Positions 61,241 through 64,000 of a stretch of 64,000 nt of DNA are shown here, piece by piece. Under the pieces are notes generated by a model, which was not told the origin of the DNA, ran no database searches, and was given only the letters and a program-made list of their open reading frames with translations. The DNA is from Nitrospirota bacterium. Its GTDB lineage: Bacteria; Nitrospirota; UBA9217. Position 1 is the stretch's first letter. Each line of letters starts with the position of its first letter. The DNA lies in assembly GCA_963749655.1 (NCBI GenBank), contig CAVVOB010000022.1:96001-160000 (forward strand), written 5' to 3'. Both the position numbers and the translations under genes were made by a program.

Positions 61241-61894
61241 GCATCACGAATACGATCGGAACACCGCGCTCAAGTTAAAATTTTACGTTGCACTGTGGAA
61301 TAATAATATGATACGGTAGCTGCCGGGAGTGGAGATATCCTCCCAGTCAAATTGTTCCTTTTTTCAGGGGATATGTTGTGATTACGGCCAGGGTTGCTCT
61401 ACAGATATCGGTTGATCCGCCTTTGATACGCATACCGGAGAATGTCATAGACCTGGTGCCGGACCGCGAGGCAAACACCTATGCTATGGCGGATAACGGG
61501 TTGCGGCAGGAAAAGCCTGAACACTATCGGATAAGCCTGATGAGAAGAGCTGATGCTGTCGTCGATAGAGTTACCATCAGCGGAACGTCTACGCCCGCAG
61601 GGGTTGCCCTGTTGCAGCCCGGTTATTTACCCCTCCTGCCGCTACCTTAAGGAAACGCTGTCGAACGTTATATGGCTATTCCAAACCAGCAGGGTTTTTG
61701 CGAATGAAAATCCGTGAGATTTGGACTGCACATGGTCCATTTGAGTTTAAAGAAGCCCGTAAAGAAATTGAGGACAGAAAAGATGAAGATCGTGACGGGG
61801 ATTTAAGCATTTTCGATGATACGATCCGTGTCATTCGGCAAGTTGCATCGGGTAATATTGAGAAACGCGACTTTGAATTTAACGGATAAATTTT

Positions 61895-61994
61895 GAGGAC
61901 GAAGTGACCGAAATGGAGAAATGGGCTGGAAGTAATGGGATAGGCTTGGAATCAGTATTTGAAGAAGTTAGTCCATTTAGGTCACTACGTCCCC
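61895..61994. mobile_element. MITE-like element, copy 2
   Basis: GAGGACGAAGTGACCGAAATGGA ... 34 bp identical to the right end of copy 1. Confidence 0.65.
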
Positions 61995-62043
61995 GTCCCC
62001 TGTTGTGCCCCAAATTTGTCACCGTGCTGAGAATAGTTATCTC

Positions 62044-63494
62044 TCAACGAAGAACTTCCACGTAGACTGGGTTTGTGTTGAGCGTGATCGTTGCGCTGTT
62101 GTTCTTTACCGGCAGCAACGTGACCGTGAAGGCCGTTGAATAGCTTTCGACGTTTGCCCCCGAGGATTGAAAAGGCACTGCCTCGGTTATCCTGAAACTT
62201 GTCCCTTGCAGGTCGGCAAGGATGGTCTGCTTCGTCATACCCGGCGTATAGCCGGGATCGCGCAGATAGTCCCACCATGCAGTGTACACGCTCCCTCCAT
62301 TCTTGGTAAACCGGTAGACGCGGACGTTGTCTGAATCCTGCTCGGCCCGGATGGTTTTCCAGTCGCAGTCTTTCAGCATCTCGGCCATCTTTTTGTAGGA
62401 ATAGTACGCAAGTTTCCTGTGAGAGTACCCATCGGCGTTTTCAGGATTGTTGACCAACCCGACATTATCGAAGTAGCCGTTCACAATGCCGCCTGCATCA
62501 TGCGACTCGTAGGCCTGCGCCCAGAAGATCTTCTCGACGCCCGCGGCCAGGGCATAGACATATCGTTTGATCACGGCAGCAGCGTGATAGGCCTCGGTAT
62601 GGGCCGTGTATCCTTCGGGGCTGTCGCTGTAATCGGACATTTCGGTGATGTAAAGGGGGACGGTTCCGTAGCCGATATTGTCGAGCCCGGTCCTGATGTC
62701 CGCAAGGAACGGCAGAAGGCCGTAGGTCCCGGACGGAAGGTTTATCACATCGTAATCGTCGTCTCCGGCGAACTGCCCTGACCAGTGCAGGTCGAAGACA
62801 TCGAAATACCGGTCTTCTGCACTGTCCCTGATTCTGTCCAGTTCGGCCAGCATCGGCTATGTAGAAACCGGCGAGTCCCGCAGGGGTAGCAACGCCTGCC
62901 ATGGCGACCTTCATGCCCGGAGCAGTCTGTTTAATGGCCTGATAGGAAAGCTTGAGCAGGAGGGCGTAATTCTCCGGTGTGTCCTGCCAGAACGCGGCGT
63001 TGTCTGCCTCGTTTTCGATCTGCACGACGTCTATCATTGGAGAACCGGGAGCATCTTCAGCGCCGTCGCCGTCATAGCGCTCGACCGCTCTCCTGAGGAA
63101 CTCGAGGTATCGGCCCATATCTTTCGGCAGGCCTCCGGAGCCCGGCTGTGTGCCTTCCAGCCTGTTTTGCGCTTTCACTCCGACGAACAGCTTGATCCCG
63201 GCGGCTGCTCCGGCGCCGATGACTTCGTCCGAAGCGGTCCAGTCATAGACGCCTCCTTGCTGTTTCGATTTGGTCCCAGATGAGGCTGCCGTAGGACGAT
63301 ATCCGAGCAGTTGTCGCGCCGGTCTCATGCATGATCCCGGCCTCGTCAACGACTTGATTCTCGAATCTCACCTCGTGTATGCCGAAGGGAGTGCTTGACG
63401 GAGAGGAGCTCGGTCCTGATACGACGTCGCAGGCTGCAAGAAACGATGCGCTCAGGACAGATACGGCAAAGAGGAACCATATTCCTTTTGACAT
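62044..63494 (-). CDS. Clan GH-A glycoside hydrolase-like lipoprotein, frameshifts near 63260 and 62850
   Basis: Lipobox LAAC, PFGIH, WDQIE, VERYDGDG, QIENE (acid/base), FDLH, YITE (nucleophile). Confidence 0.7.
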
Positions 63495-63777
63495 TTGCTG
63501 AACCCCCGTTTGAGGAATTTCACCATCGGTGAGGCCGGAATAGTATACTACATCTGTCGTTGAGACACGACTTGTTGAACAAAGTTGAATAAGCGGGTGG
63601 AGGTAGCTTTACTGGTCCTCGTCTGCAGCCTGAACCGCCCGTTAAGCAATCTGCAAGATTGAACCAGCACAATATAACCGGCCGCACTCGTGAATTTACA
63701 GAACGGTATGTTCTCCTGTCCCTGAAGGAATCGCCCCATCCGCTTCTGCTATAATAATTACACAAAGGGGGTGCCCA

Positions 63778-64000
63778 GTGAAAAAGACCGCGTTCGTGCT
63801 GCTCCTCATGCTTCTTGCCGCTCCCGGCATTGCCGATGAAAAGCGCCACTCCGTTCCTCTCGACGACTCACCGTCCATCGGCCCAGCAACCGCTCCTGTC
63901 ACCATCATCGAATTCCTCGACTTCCAATGACCGCACTGCGTGGCGGCCGGTCCGACCGTCAGGAAGATCATGGACGTCTATAAAGGAAAAGTACGGCTCG
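63778..64000 (+). CDS. DsbA/thioredoxin-fold selenoprotein (UxxC), partial at window end
   Basis: MKKTAFVLLLMLLAAPGIA...GPATAPVTIIEFLDFQ-U-PHC-VAAGPTVRKIMDVYKGKVRL; UGA at 63928-63930; hairpin with GGUC loop region follows. Confidence 0.85.

Noticed and set aside
61378-61889. Two short ORFs as real genes
   Set aside because: No clear RBS or recognisable domains; probably fragments of decayed DNA

Overview
A GC-rich bacterial chromosomal window. Gene content (GSU3473-like protein, CxxxxCH multiheme cytochrome, HEAT/HD-GYP pair, selenoproteins) suggests an anaerobic Nitrospirota- or Desulfobacterota-like organism; this is inferred, not searched. Bases 1-47.7 kb are mostly core genes: guaA, ettA, ppnP, aspS, yhaM-like, ftsY-zapA-6S RNA-rarA-rny-ymdB-xseA, and a DUF294/exonuclease/actP/acs acetate cluster. 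Bases 47.7-63.7 kb are an accessory zone with dispersed repeats, AT-rich orphan ORFs, a cell-wall hydrolase cluster, a complete ISL3, REP/MITE elements and a RAYT remnant. Several genes carry frameshifts that look like sequencing or assembly indels. The main signals missed by the ORF track are: (1) a GEMM-I riboswitch with the G20A (cGAMP-type) change and an anti-RBS pairing, upstream of a six-Ig lipoprotein that is followed by a ~24-heme lipoprotein cytochrome; (2) a second 6S-like long-hairpin RNA and a third hairpin directly downstream of the canonical 6S RNA; (3) two in-frame-UGA selenoprotein genes with SECIS-like hairpins; (4) a repeated promoter-bearing module heading orphan, cassette-like ORFs. 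All RNA structures and alignments were done by eye.
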